This document shows, piece after piece, positions 46,866 to 59,018 of a DNA stretch of 64,000 bases. The translations under genes and the position numbers were made by a program. Position 1 is the stretch's first letter, and every line of letters starts with the position of its first letter. Source of the DNA: Longimicrobiales bacterium (GTDB taxonomy: Bacteria > Gemmatimonadota > Gemmatimonadetes > Longimicrobiales > Gaopeijiaceae); assembly GCA_965116905.1 (NCBI GenBank), contig OZ220732.1, forward strand, positions 32,001-96,000, in the 5' to 3' direction. The notes beneath the pieces are model-generated. The model was not told the origin of the DNA and searched no databases. It saw only the letters and a program-made list of their open reading frames with translations.

Positions 46866-48857
46866 TCAGCCCAGCGTCTCGATGCGGAGGTCGTGGGCGA
46901 CTTCGGCGGTGCGGCCGTCCTGGTAGGTGATCTCGGTCGCCACCGTGACGGAACCGCGGTCGCCCTGCAGCGCGCCGATGATGTCGCCGAAGCGGGCGGC
47001 GATGTGCCGGCGCCGCACCTTGCGCGTGCGCGTCAGCTCGGCGTCGTCGGCGTGCAGTTCCTTGTGCAGGAGGAGGAAGCGGCGGATGCGGGCAGCCGTG
47101 GGCAGGTCTTCGTTGACGTTGGCGACGTGGTCGCGGACCAGCTCGTAGATCTCCGCACGGCGGGCCAGGTCGGTAAAGGTCGTATACGGAATGCGGTGGC
47201 GCTCCGCCCACTGCCCCGCGTTCTCCATGTCAATCGCGATCATGGCCGTGACGAACGGGGCATCGGCACCCCCGAAGACCACGGCCTCGCGGATGTACGG
47301 ACTGAACTTGAGCTTGTTCTCGACGTATTGGGGGGAAAAGTTCGTCCCGTCGGACAGCTTCATCACGTCGGCCAGGCGGTCGATGACGACCAGGTGGCCG
47401 TCCTCTTCGAAGTAGCCGGCGTCGCCTGACCGCAGCCAGCCGTCCTCGAGGGTCTCGGCAGTTGCCGCGGGATTGCGAAAGTAGCCCTGGAACACCGCGG
47501 GACTGCGGCAGAGGATCTCGCCCTCGTCCGATATCCTGATCTCGGTTGCCGGGAACGGCGTCCCGACCGTGTGGAAGCGGATGTCTCCGTCGCGATGCAC
47601 CACCGAGATGCCGGAGACCTCGGTCTGGCCGTAGAGCTGCTTCAGATTCACACCGATGGCGTGGAAGAACCCGAACACGTCGGGACCCAGCGCCGCACCG
47701 CCCGTGTACGCGCGTCGCACCCTGTCGAGACCGAGCTGATCGCGGATGGGCCGAAACACCGTCCAGTCGGCGACTCGGTGGCGGATTCGGGTGGGGAAAC
47801 CAGGGCGGCCGCCGCGCACCCTCGTCTCGGCGGCGTGCGCTCCCGCCTTCATCGCCCAGCCGTAGAACCAGCGCTTGAGCCAGGTCGTGTCTTCGGCCAT
47901 CACCTGGATGTCCGAGACCATGTTCTCCCAGATCCGGGGCGGCGACATCAGGAAGGCGGGGCCGATCTCGCGCATGTCGCTCCGCACGGTCTCCGTCTCT
48001 TCCGGGAAGTTGACCGTGAAGCCGACAAGCATGGCACTCGCGACCCCGACCATCTGCTCGCCGATCCACGCCATCGGCAGGAAGGAGACGAATTCGTCGT
48101 CCGCCTCCATCCTGTCCACGTCCTGAAGCTGCGACGCCATGGCCAGAAGGTTGGCGTGCGAGAGCATGGCCAGCTTCGGAATGCTCGTCGTCCCGGACGT
48201 CGTGCAGAGGAGCGCTGTGTCGCCGGACCCGACTTCGGCCAGCCTGCGGTCAAATTCACCGGGGAATCTGTCACCATATCGGTCGCCGAGGGCTTCCACG
48301 TCTTCGAAGGACATGAGGCCGGGCGCTTCGTAGGCGTACATCCCCCGGGGATCGTAGTAGACGATGGCCTCCAGCCCCGGCAGTCCGTCACGCACCTCGA
48401 GCACCTTGTCGACCTGCTCCTGGTCCTCGGCGACAATGATCCGGACGCCGGCCACCTCGAGCATCTTCGCCAACTCGGTGGAAATCGAGTCCTGGTAGAG
48501 GCCCAGCGGCAGGGCGCCCATCGACTGGGCCGCGAGTTCCGCGATCACCCATTCGGGTCGGTTGTCCCCGATGATCGCGATCCGGTCGCCCCTTGCGACG
48601 CCCAGATCGACCAGCCCCAGCGCGAACGACTCCACGCGGGCCCGGTACTCCGCCCACGTCGTCTCCTGCCAGATGCCGAACTCCTTCTCGCGCAGAGCGA
48701 CTTCGTGCGGGTGGTCGGCGGCGTGACGGGCGAGCAGTCCGGGAAGAGTGCCACCGCTGCGCCGGCCGTCGCTCGCGGTCCCTTGCTCTGCCGCGCCGTG
48801 CTCCCCGGTCACGTGCTCCGCCGCGCCGTGCTGCGCGGCCCCCTGCTCCGCGGTCAC
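46866..48857 (-). CDS. Long-chain acyl-CoA synthetase (AMP-binding)
   Basis: REKEFGIWQ, TSGTTSIPK, YGQTE, SGDAG, ELTRTRKVRR. Confidence 0.92.
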   Translation of the reverse strand: MTAEQGAAQHGAAEHVTGEHGAAEQGTASDGRRSGGTLPGLLARHAADHPHEVALREKEFGIWQETTWAEYRARVESFALGLVDLGVARGDRIAIIGDNRPEWVIAELAAQSMGALPLGLYQDSISTELAKMLEVAGVRIIVAEDQEQVDKVLEVRDGLPGLEAIVYYDPRGMYAYEAPGLMSFEDVEALGDRYGDRFPGEFDRRLAEVGSGDTALLCTTSGTTSIPKLAMLSHANLLAMASQLQDVDRMEADDEFVSFLPMAWIGEQMVGVASAMLVGFTVNFPEETETVRSDMREIGPAFLMSPPRIWENMVSDIQVMAEDTTWLKRWFYGWAMKAGAHAAETRVRGGRPGFPTRIRHRVADWTVFRPIRDQLGLDRVRRAYTGGAALGPDVFGFFHAIGVNLKQLYGQTEVSGISVVHRDGDIRFHTVGTPFPATEIRISDEGEILCRSPAVFQGYFRNPAATAETLEDGWLRSGDAGYFEEDGHLVVIDRLADVMKLSDGTNFSPQYVENKLKFSPYIREAVVFGGADAPFVTAMIAIDMENAGQWAERHRIPYTTFTDLARRAEIYELVRDHVANVNEDLPTAARIRRFLLLHKELHADDAELTRTRKVRRRHIAARFGDIIGALQGDRGSVTVATEITYQDGRTAEVAHDLRIETLG

Positions 48858-49649
48858 GGCCCGGCTCCCAAAGCCGCGGTCTCCTCCCGCGCGTGCCCCA
48901 GGTACGCGTCGATCACGGCCGGATCGTTCCGCACCGCGTCCGGCGTTCCCTCCGCAATCTTGCGCCCGAAGTCAAGCACGATCACCCGATCCGAGATGTC
49001 CATGATCACGTCGATGTCGTGGTCGATCACCACGACGGTGACGCCGCGCTCCTCCTGCACGTCGAGGATGAACCGCGCCATCGATTCCTTCTCCTCGGCG
49101 TTCATGCCGGCGGTGGGCTCGTCAAGCAGGAGGATCAGGGGATCGAGCGCCAGAGCCCGGCCCATCTCCACCAGGCGCTGGTTGCCGTACGCCAGATTCC
49201 CGACCTCGGCGCTGCGCAGAGGTTCGAGGTTCATGAAGTCGATGACCTCTTCCACGTAGCGCCGGTGCTCGATCTCGGCGCGCCGCTGCCGACCCAGGTA
49301 GAGCCCGCCGCTCAGCACGCCGCCGCGCATGTGGACATGGCGCCCGAGCATGAGGTTTTCGAGCACGGTCATGTGCTTGAAGAGCTCGATGTTCTGGAAG
49401 GTGCGCGCCACGCCCAGCGCGGCGATGCGGTGCGGAGCGAGGCGGTGCAGTGCGTGGCTCGCGCCGTCACGCCCCTTCAGGCCGATCGTCCCTTCCTGGG
49501 CGCGGTACAGACCGGAAATGCAGTTCAGCACGCTCGTCTTCCCCGCGCCGTTGGGCCCAATCAGCGCGAGCAGCTCGCCCTTTCGCACCTCCATGCTGAA
49601 CCCGGCGAGCGCGGTGACGCCGCCGAAGCGGAGTGAGAGGTCGCGGACT

Positions 49650-49663
<14 letters not shown>
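48854..49663 (-). CDS. Liv-type ABC ATP-binding protein (LivG-like)
   Basis: FGGVTAL, GPNGAGKT, RTFQN, LAYGNQR, LDEPTAGM, AYLG. Confidence 0.92.
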
Positions 49664-52918
<3,255 letters not shown>

Positions 52919-52976
52919 CTAGCAGTCCGTGGGTGAAGCCGCATCGCGAACTGGCGCTTGCGACACCCGCCAGGAG

Positions 52977-53012
52977 ATGTACATTTCGACATGTACATCT
53001 CGATATGTACAT
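52977..53012. promoter_or_regulatory. Putative Phd/YefM operator array
   Basis: ATGTACAT palindromes at 52977, 52991, 53005 (14-bp period), 20 bp upstream of the antitoxin ATG. Confidence 0.75.
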
Positions 53013-53032
53013 CTAACAAGAGGGACTTTCCG

Positions 53033-53272
53033 ATGAAGATCGTTGGCGCAGCCGAGTTCAAGGCTCGGTGTCTGCGATTGATCAAGCAGATGAACCAGGA
53101 CCGGGAGCCTGTAACCGTCACGAACCGGGGCCGACCCGTCGCCGTACTCTCGCCCTTGCCCGAACAGGCGCCACGCGCGTCGATCATCGGCACGATGAAA
53201 GGCACGGTTCTGGCCTACGACGATCCTCTGGCACCGGCCGCCGATCCCTCTGAGTGGGCGTCGCTCGGTTGA
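53033..53272 (+). CDS. Phd/YefM antitoxin
   Basis: AAEFKARCLRLI...EPVTVTNRGRPVAVL. Confidence 0.92.
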   Translation: MKIVGAAEFKARCLRLIKQMNQDREPVTVTNRGRPVAVLSPLPEQAPRASIIGTMKGTVLAYDDPLAPAADPSEWASLG

Positions 53273-53682
53273 TCGTACTCGACACGCACACGCTCATATG
53301 GGCTGTGGAAGGCGACCGGGAACTCGGCGCGGGCGCGTCCCGCCTGATCGAGCGTACTGCTCGGACCGATCGAGTGGCGGTGGCGGCGATCACGCCCTGG
53401 GAAATCGCGTTGCTGGTGGAACGCCGGCGCTTGCGGCTCGGTCATGAGGTGGGCGAATGGATCGCGCAGGCTCTCGCCCGGCCGGGTGTCACGCTCGTCC
53501 CGATCGAACCGGATATTGCCGTGGACAGCGTGCGGTTGCCGGGCAACTTCCACGCCGACCCCGCCGACCGGTTCATCGTCGCCACGGCGCGTCACCTCAA
53601 GGCACCGCTGCTGACCGCCGACCGGAAGATTCTGGAGTACTCGGCGGCCGGGCACCTTCGGACCGTCGACGCCGCGAAGTGA
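53269..53682 (+). CDS. vapC: VapC PIN-domain toxin
   Basis: VLDTHTLIW, ITPWEI, HADPADRFIVATA, LLTAD; TTGA overlap. Confidence 0.92.
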   Translation: MIVLDTHTLIWAVEGDRELGAGASRLIERTARTDRVAVAAITPWEIALLVERRRLRLGHEVGEWIAQALARPGVTLVPIEPDIAVDSVRLPGNFHADPADRFIVATARHLKAPLLTADRKILEYSAAGHLRTVDAAK

Positions 53683-53712
53683 TGAGCGCCTGCACGGACC
53701 GCCGGCCGCTCG

Positions 53713-53747
53713 CTACCCATATTGCCCATATATCTCCATATGGGTAG
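53713..53747. promoter_or_regulatory. Putative VapB operator
   Basis: CTACCCATAT / ATATGGGTAG inverted repeat with CCATAT copies, just upstream of the antitoxin ATG. Confidence 0.6.
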
Positions 53748-53756
53748 TATGGTACG

Positions 53757-54005
53757 ATGAAGACCACGATCGATATACACGACGAATTGCTCACTCGGGC
53801 CAAGCGACACGCCCGCGGCGCCGGGGTGCCCCTCAGGGCCGTCGTCGAAGAGGGGCTCCGTCTGGTGCTGCAGGCCCCCCAGCCCACCGAGGGCTACCGG
53901 ATGCCGGACCTCGGCGTCGGCGACCCGAACGGCGACGACCCCCTGGAAGCCTACAGCTGGCAGGATCTGTCCGACATCATCTACGGACACCCACAGGGCG
54001 AATGA
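53757..54005 (+). CDS. vapB: VapB RHH antitoxin (DUF2191-like)
   Basis: MKTTIDIHDELL.RAK......LRAVVEEGLR. Confidence 0.88.
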   Translation: MKTTIDIHDELLTRAKRHARGAGVPLRAVVEEGLRLVLQAPQPTEGYRMPDLGVGDPNGDDPLEAYSWQDLSDIIYGHPQGE

Positions 54006-54439
54006 TCGCGGTCGACACCAACGTGCTGGTGTACGCGCACCGCCGCGAATGCCGCGCGCACGAAGCGGCCGAGGAGGTGCTGCGGGCGCTGGCCGAGGGA
54101 GGTCGGCGGTGGGCGATTCCCTGGCCCTGCTGCTACGAGTTTCTCAGCGTGGTGACCAACCGCCGGATCTGGCGGGGCGCAGAGTCGTCTCCAGATGAGG
54201 CGTGGAGCCAGCTGCAGGCCTGGATTGACTCGCCCTCGAACCGCCTGATCGGGGAGGCGCGCGGGTTCCCGGCCGTCCTCGAGCGCTTCGTGCGTCGCCC
54301 CCGGGTGCGCGGCCCGGTCGTCCACGACGCACGCGTGGCCGCGATTTGCCTGGCCCACGGTGTCGAGGAGCTGCTGACCAGGGATCGCGACTTCGCATTG
54401 TTCCCGGAGTTGAAGACGCGGAATCCGTTTGCCGGCTAG
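54002..54439 (+). CDS. vapC: VapC PIN-domain toxin
   Basis: MIAVDTNVLVYAH, EFLSVVT, VHDARVAA, TRDRDF; ATGA overlap. Confidence 0.92.
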   Translation: MIAVDTNVLVYAHRRECRAHEAAEEVLRALAEGGRRWAIPWPCCYEFLSVVTNRRIWRGAESSPDEAWSQLQAWIDSPSNRLIGEARGFPAVLERFVRRPRVRGPVVHDARVAAICLAHGVEELLTRDRDFALFPELKTRNPFAG

Positions 54440-56214
54440 CTGGGCCAGAAGAGGGGGATGAAGAGGCTGGCCGTGACCAGGAGGATGAGGTTGAGCAGGC
54501 CGCCCACCTTCACGAAATCCGAGAAGCGGTATCCGCCCGGACCGTAGATCATGACGTTGGTCTGATAGCCGAAGGGCGTGACGAACGAGGCCGATGCCCC
54601 GAACATGACGGCGACGAGCAGCGCGTAGGGGTTCACGCCGGCCTGCGTGGCCGCCAGGATCGCGACGGGTGTCAGCATCACCGCCGTCGCCGCGTTGGAC
54701 ACGATGGCGGTCATGATGGCGGTCACCAGATAGAAGGCCGCGATGAGTCCGGTCTCTCCCAGCGGCGCCGTCAGGGTCACCACCCAGCTCGCGAGCAACT
54801 CCGCCGCCCCGGTGGCCTCGAGCGCCACGCCGAGCGGAATAAGCCCGGCCAGCACGAAGATGACCAGCCACTCCACCTCCGCGTAGATCTCCTCCACGTG
54901 CACGCAACGCGTGAAGACCATGAGGCCGACGCCGGTGAGGGCGGCCGTCATGATGTCGAGGATCCCAAGGCTGGCACTGAGCACCACGCCGGCCATGATC
55001 GCCGCGGCGACGCCCGCCCGTGGCCTGCCCCCGGCCGGCGTCTTCACCTCGGCCATGGGCACGAACCCGGGATCGTCGGCGAGGCGTTCGAGCGCGTGCG
55101 TCGTTCCGTGTACCAGGAGCAGGTCGCCGACGCGCAGCGAGAGTTCCGCGAGCCTTTCCGACACCGTGACGCCGGTGCGCTGGACAGCGAGCACCGTCGA
55201 ATCGAAGCGCTGCCCGAAGTCCGAGTCGCGCAGCGTCCGGCCCACGAGACTCGAGCCGGGCGCCACGAGCACCTCGACCAGCCGACCACGCCCGGCGGTC
55301 AGGTCCAGCTCCTGCTCATCCCCTTCCCGTGGCGTCTTGAGCCGCTGCCTGCGCACGAGGTCGACAAGGCTCTCGGCGGACCCCTGCACGTACAGGATGT
55401 CGCCGGGCCGGATGTGACGGTCGCCATGGGGGGCCGTGATCTCCTCTTCATCCCGCTCGATATCCAGCACGGTGACGTCGTAGCGTTCGCCCCACCCGAG
55501 CTCGGACAGCGTGCGGCCGTTCGCGGGCGAATCCTCCGGCACGTGCAGTTCCGTGACAAACCGGCGGACATCGTATTTTCCGGCCAGGTCCGGCGGCCGG
55601 CTGCGCCGAGGCAGGAGCACCCGGCCGGCGGTGAAGAGATACAGCAGCCCCACGGCGAGACAGATCAGGCCCAGCGGGGTGATCGAAAACATGCGGAGTT
55701 CGTCGAACCCCCGGCTCATCGCTTCGCCGTGCACGACCAGATTGGTGGAGGTCCCCATCAGGGTGACGGTGCCTCCGAGGATCGAGACGAAGGAGAGCGG
55801 CATGAGGTACCGCGAGGGCGGCTCCCCGGCCTGATCCGCAAGCGCGATGAAGACGGGAATGAACACCATCACGACCGCGGTGGTCATGAGGAACGGGGAG
55901 AGGAACGCGCAGACGAGGCAGAGTACGAGCAGGCGCGTGTACTTGCCGCCGAGGGGAGCGGTTCGCGCCCACGCCCCGATCGCGGACACGAGGCCCGTCT
56001 TGCGGAGCCCCAGCCCGAGCACGAGCATCGAGCCGACCGTCACGGTCGCACGGCTTGATAGGCCCGACACCGCCTGGGCGGGTGTGAGGATGCCGCTCAG
56101 GAGGAGGACCACGGGCACCGCCATGGCGACCTGGTCCAGCCGCAGCCGGTCGAGGGCAAACAGGACCAGAGCCGCAAGGGTCAGGCCGAGCACGAATACG
56201 ATGTCGAACGTCAT
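54436..56214 (-). CDS. SLC13/DASS permease with two TrkA-C domains
   Basis: LGGTVTLMGTSTN, SNAATAV, TPFGYQTNVMIYGPGGYRF.DF. Confidence 0.92.
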   Translation of the reverse strand: MTFDIVFVLGLTLAALVLFALDRLRLDQVAMAVPVVLLLSGILTPAQAVSGLSSRATVTVGSMLVLGLGLRKTGLVSAIGAWARTAPLGGKYTRLLVLCLVCAFLSPFLMTTAVVMVFIPVFIALADQAGEPPSRYLMPLSFVSILGGTVTLMGTSTNLVVHGEAMSRGFDELRMFSITPLGLICLAVGLLYLFTAGRVLLPRRSRPPDLAGKYDVRRFVTELHVPEDSPANGRTLSELGWGERYDVTVLDIERDEEEITAPHGDRHIRPGDILYVQGSAESLVDLVRRQRLKTPREGDEQELDLTAGRGRLVEVLVAPGSSLVGRTLRDSDFGQRFDSTVLAVQRTGVTVSERLAELSLRVGDLLLVHGTTHALERLADDPGFVPMAEVKTPAGGRPRAGVAAAIMAGVVLSASLGILDIMTAALTGVGLMVFTRCVHVEEIYAEVEWLVIFVLAGLIPLGVALEATGAAELLASWVVTLTAPLGETGLIAAFYLVTAIMTAIVSNAATAVMLTPVAILAATQAGVNPYALLVAVMFGASASFVTPFGYQTNVMIYGPGGYRFSDFVKVGGLLNLILLVTASLFIPLFWPS

Positions 56215-56366
56215 GTGGAGATGTTCGTCCCCTACGGAGCTCGGCGCCAGTGCGATGGGCGCCCTGGGCCGGTCACGGCGTTGTGCACAGTTTGCACGGA
56301 ATGGAGGCGTCGACTGTTCTTGTTAGTAGAGAGGGGATCTTTTCACGGACAGGCAGGAGCAGGCAA

Positions 56367-56567
56367 ATGGTGAAGGGCGTTACGATGACGATGTTCGACG
56401 GAGAGCCGACGCTGGTGTTCTGGCACGTTATGGATATCGACAAGGGCATGGCCGCGAGCCGGGACATGGGCCTGCCGGTAACCAGCCCTCGGGAGGTCTC
56501 GGAAGAGATCACCAGGCGCATCTGGCAATCGCTCCTGGATGACCCGGAACCTGAGGAGGCGGAATAG
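56367..56567 (+). CDS. Small hypothetical protein
   Basis: 66-aa ORF with AGGAG upstream filling an intergenic gap; no motif. Confidence 0.4.
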   Translation: MVKGVTMTMFDGEPTLVFWHVMDIDKGMAASRDMGLPVTSPREVSEEITRRIWQSLLDDPEPEEAE

Positions 56568-56592
56568 AGTTGGCGACCCCGGTGGATCGAAG

Positions 56593-57675
56593 TCAGCCGG
56601 GGGCACCCGATTCCACCGCGACCCGCAGTCCCGCCCGGATGAACGCCCACTGAAACCGCATCTGGTCGCGGACGGGCATGGCTGTAAGGCCGGCCGCGGC
56701 CACTTGCTCGCGTACGGCTGCCTCCTCAGGCACGCCCATCTCCTCGCCTCCGGCTACCGCGCTTGCCTGGGCACTGCCGGCCGCCCTCAAGCGCGCTTCC
56801 CAGTCCGCGATCCGCTCGCGCCACCTCATCAGCACGGGATCCGGCGGCCCCAATTCGGCCCCCACACCCGGGGTGATGAAGAGCGGCATTTCGGTCACCA
56901 GGGTGAGCGGGTCTCCGCCCAGCGCGCGCACCGCCTCCATCGAGCTGGGACGAAAACGCGCGGCCGTCTCGCGGTCCCCGAGGTCGAGGAAGTGCCGCCT
57001 CATCGCGCGGCTGTCCGGGCGACTGCAGAACCCGCGCCCCAGGCGGTGGAAGCCCTTCTCGCCATCGCGCTCCACGTCGTGCAGCGTGTAGCCGGCATCC
57101 TCGACCGCGCGGGTGAGCGACGCGGCTGCGTCTCCGAATCGAGGCCACCAGGACCGCTCGACGAGGAAGTATGGGCCAGCGGCCACGCTCATGCCGTGCA
57201 TGCTCACGTGAAGGTGGTACGGCGCGCCCGCCCGCCAGAACTCCCACGCGGCCCGGTTCTCGGGGCGGGCGCCCGGGTCGTCGTCGCCGCGCGGGAAGCC
57301 GAATTCGATGTCGTCGCCGGGAAGTTCCCGCACCCGATGGCGCAGATACGCGACGAAGTCGTAGCTGTCGGCACCGGGCGTCTGCCACGCCGCGTTGGCG
57401 CGTGCGCCGTCGGGATTCACGTGCGGGATCACGGACCAGGTGGCCAGGCCGCGCAGTTGCGCCCCGGCCGGACCGGCAAGGTAGCGGACCAGGCGGTCCA
57501 GAAACCGCGGCCCCACCGGCTCGTCGGCGTGGCAACCCCCGATCAGGCTGACGCGCAGGGGTCCGCTGCCGATCGTATACGCGAGGATCGGCCGCCCCTC
57601 GCGGGTGCGGCCGATCTCGGCATCCGGTGGCCGGGGGTTGTCACAGTTGACGATGCGGTCGATGGTTGCCGCCAA
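56593..57675 (-). CDS. M14 family zinc carboxypeptidase
   Basis: IGRTREGRPI, GCHADEP (HxxE), PHVNPDG, RPEN, SMHG. Confidence 0.82.
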   Translation of the reverse strand: MAATIDRIVNCDNPRPPDAEIGRTREGRPILAYTIGSGPLRVSLIGGCHADEPVGPRFLDRLVRYLAGPAGAQLRGLATWSVIPHVNPDGARANAAWQTPGADSYDFVAYLRHRVRELPGDDIEFGFPRGDDDPGARPENRAAWEFWRAGAPYHLHVSMHGMSVAAGPYFLVERSWWPRFGDAAASLTRAVEDAGYTLHDVERDGEKGFHRLGRGFCSRPDSRAMRRHFLDLGDRETAARFRPSSMEAVRALGGDPLTLVTEMPLFITPGVGAELGPPDPVLMRWRERIADWEARLRAAGSAQASAVAGGEEMGVPEEAAVREQVAAAGLTAMPVRDQMRFQWAFIRAGLRVAVESGAPG

Positions 57676-57677
57676 CG

Positions 57678-58286
57678 CTAGCCGCCCTCGAGGGCCGCGC
57701 CGGGGCCCGGGTCAATCCGTTCGACATCCACCCCACACACCGTTCCCGCGCGTTCTCCAAACAGCTGTGGCTCGGCAAAGTTCTGGACGGCACCAGCACT
57801 GAATGCCATGTCGAACACGCACGTCCCCCAGCGGTCGTCCAGTTCCCAGTCCACCGCACCGCCAACCGTCCCTTCCATGCGGAACTCAAGGTCCGTTCCC
57901 GTTCCCGAAATGGTCATCTCGACGCGAAACTCGGGGTTGCCGTCCACCGTGAACTCCCAGCCCTCGCTCGACAGCGAGCACCTGTCCGGGTCGAGAGTGA
58001 ACTCGACGGTCGTGCGGGTCGTGTCGCCCGACATTTCCAGGGTGCTGGTGAACGTTCTCGTCACCTGTCCTGCCATAGGACATGCCAATACCCCGTCAAA
58101 CAGCGTCCCGGAAACGACATTGGGAGCCGTGTCGCCTACCAGTGCCATCATCCCCAGCAGGAGCGCTTCCGCCTCTCGGGGCGAGAGCGGCTCTCCGGGT
58201 TCAGTGGCGCCGTCGCCGCACGCCACAGACGCAGTCGTGACCAGGACTGCGAGGATCGCCCATAGCCGGTTTGCACGCGTCCGCAC
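57678..58286 (-). CDS. Hypothetical lipoprotein (paralog of 58319-58927)
   Basis: VAC lipobox; four conserved Cys blocks shared with neighbour; GGAGG-n6-GTG start. Confidence 0.7.
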   Translation of the reverse strand: MRTRANRLWAILAVLVTTASVACGDGATEPGEPLSPREAEALLLGMMALVGDTAPNVVSGTLFDGVLACPMAGQVTRTFTSTLEMSGDTTRTTVEFTLDPDRCSLSSEGWEFTVDGNPEFRVEMTISGTGTDLEFRMEGTVGGAVDWELDDRWGTCVFDMAFSAGAVQNFAEPQLFGERAGTVCGVDVERIDPGPGAALEGG

Positions 58287-58324
58287 GTCCAACCTCCGCA
58301 CGTCCAACCTCCGCACGTCTAACC
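58280..58324. repeat. 15-bp tandem repeat x3 at gene junction
   Basis: TCCGCACGTCCAACC x2 + TCCGCACGTCTAACC. Confidence 0.85.
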
Positions 58325-58927
58325 CTCCACCCCGATGCCGATCGCGTCGAACTCCACCTCCAGACCGCACATCATCCCGGAAAAGGTGGCTCTCGGGGTC
58401 GGATCCGTTCCCGCCGGGTCGATGTCCGCGCTGAGGATCAGATCGATCATGCACGTGCCGGAGCGGCCGTCCAACCGCCAGTCCAACCCGCCGGTAATCG
58501 ACCCCTCAATCTGGAACTCCAGGGTCGGTCCGGCGATCCCGAGGGCTACGACCGTTTGCACATTCGGATTACCGTCCAGAGTGAACTCATAGCCCTCGCT
58601 GGACAGCACACACCCTGCCGGGTTGAGCGTGACGTTCGTGACGACGCGGGCCGTGTCGCCCGCCTGCTCTTCCCTGATGCCCACCACCGCCGTCACCTGT
58701 CCGCCCAGCGGACAGGCAATCACGCCGCCATCCGGCGTCACGGCAACGAAACTCGCAGCCGTGTCACTGGCCAGTTCCTGGACTCCGAGGTAGAGCGCCT
58801 CGGTTTCGTCCATGTTGAGCGGCTCGGCCGGAGCGGTGGTGCTGTCATCACACGCCATCACCGCGGTCGTGAAAAGCCCGCCCATGAAGAGCATGCCCAA
58901 CCTTGTACACCGTTGATGCGCTGACAT
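58319..58927 (-). CDS. Hypothetical lipoprotein
   Basis: MAC lipobox; GGGAGG RBS; ACPLGG, CVLSSEG, GTC, MCG blocks. Confidence 0.75.
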   Translation of the reverse strand: MSAHQRCTRLGMLFMGGLFTTAVMACDDSTTAPAEPLNMDETEALYLGVQELASDTAASFVAVTPDGGVIACPLGGQVTAVVGIREEQAGDTARVVTNVTLNPAGCVLSSEGYEFTLDGNPNVQTVVALGIAGPTLEFQIEGSITGGLDWRLDGRSGTCMIDLILSADIDPAGTDPTPRATFSGMMCGLEVEFDAIGIGVEG

Positions 58928-59018
58928 TGCGGCCTCCCTTGTGTTCAGCCGTACACGGGACAGTCCTTCAACTGCGTCCTACCCCGGAGGTGCGTGCTTG
59001 TTCTACGTTAACCGCGGA

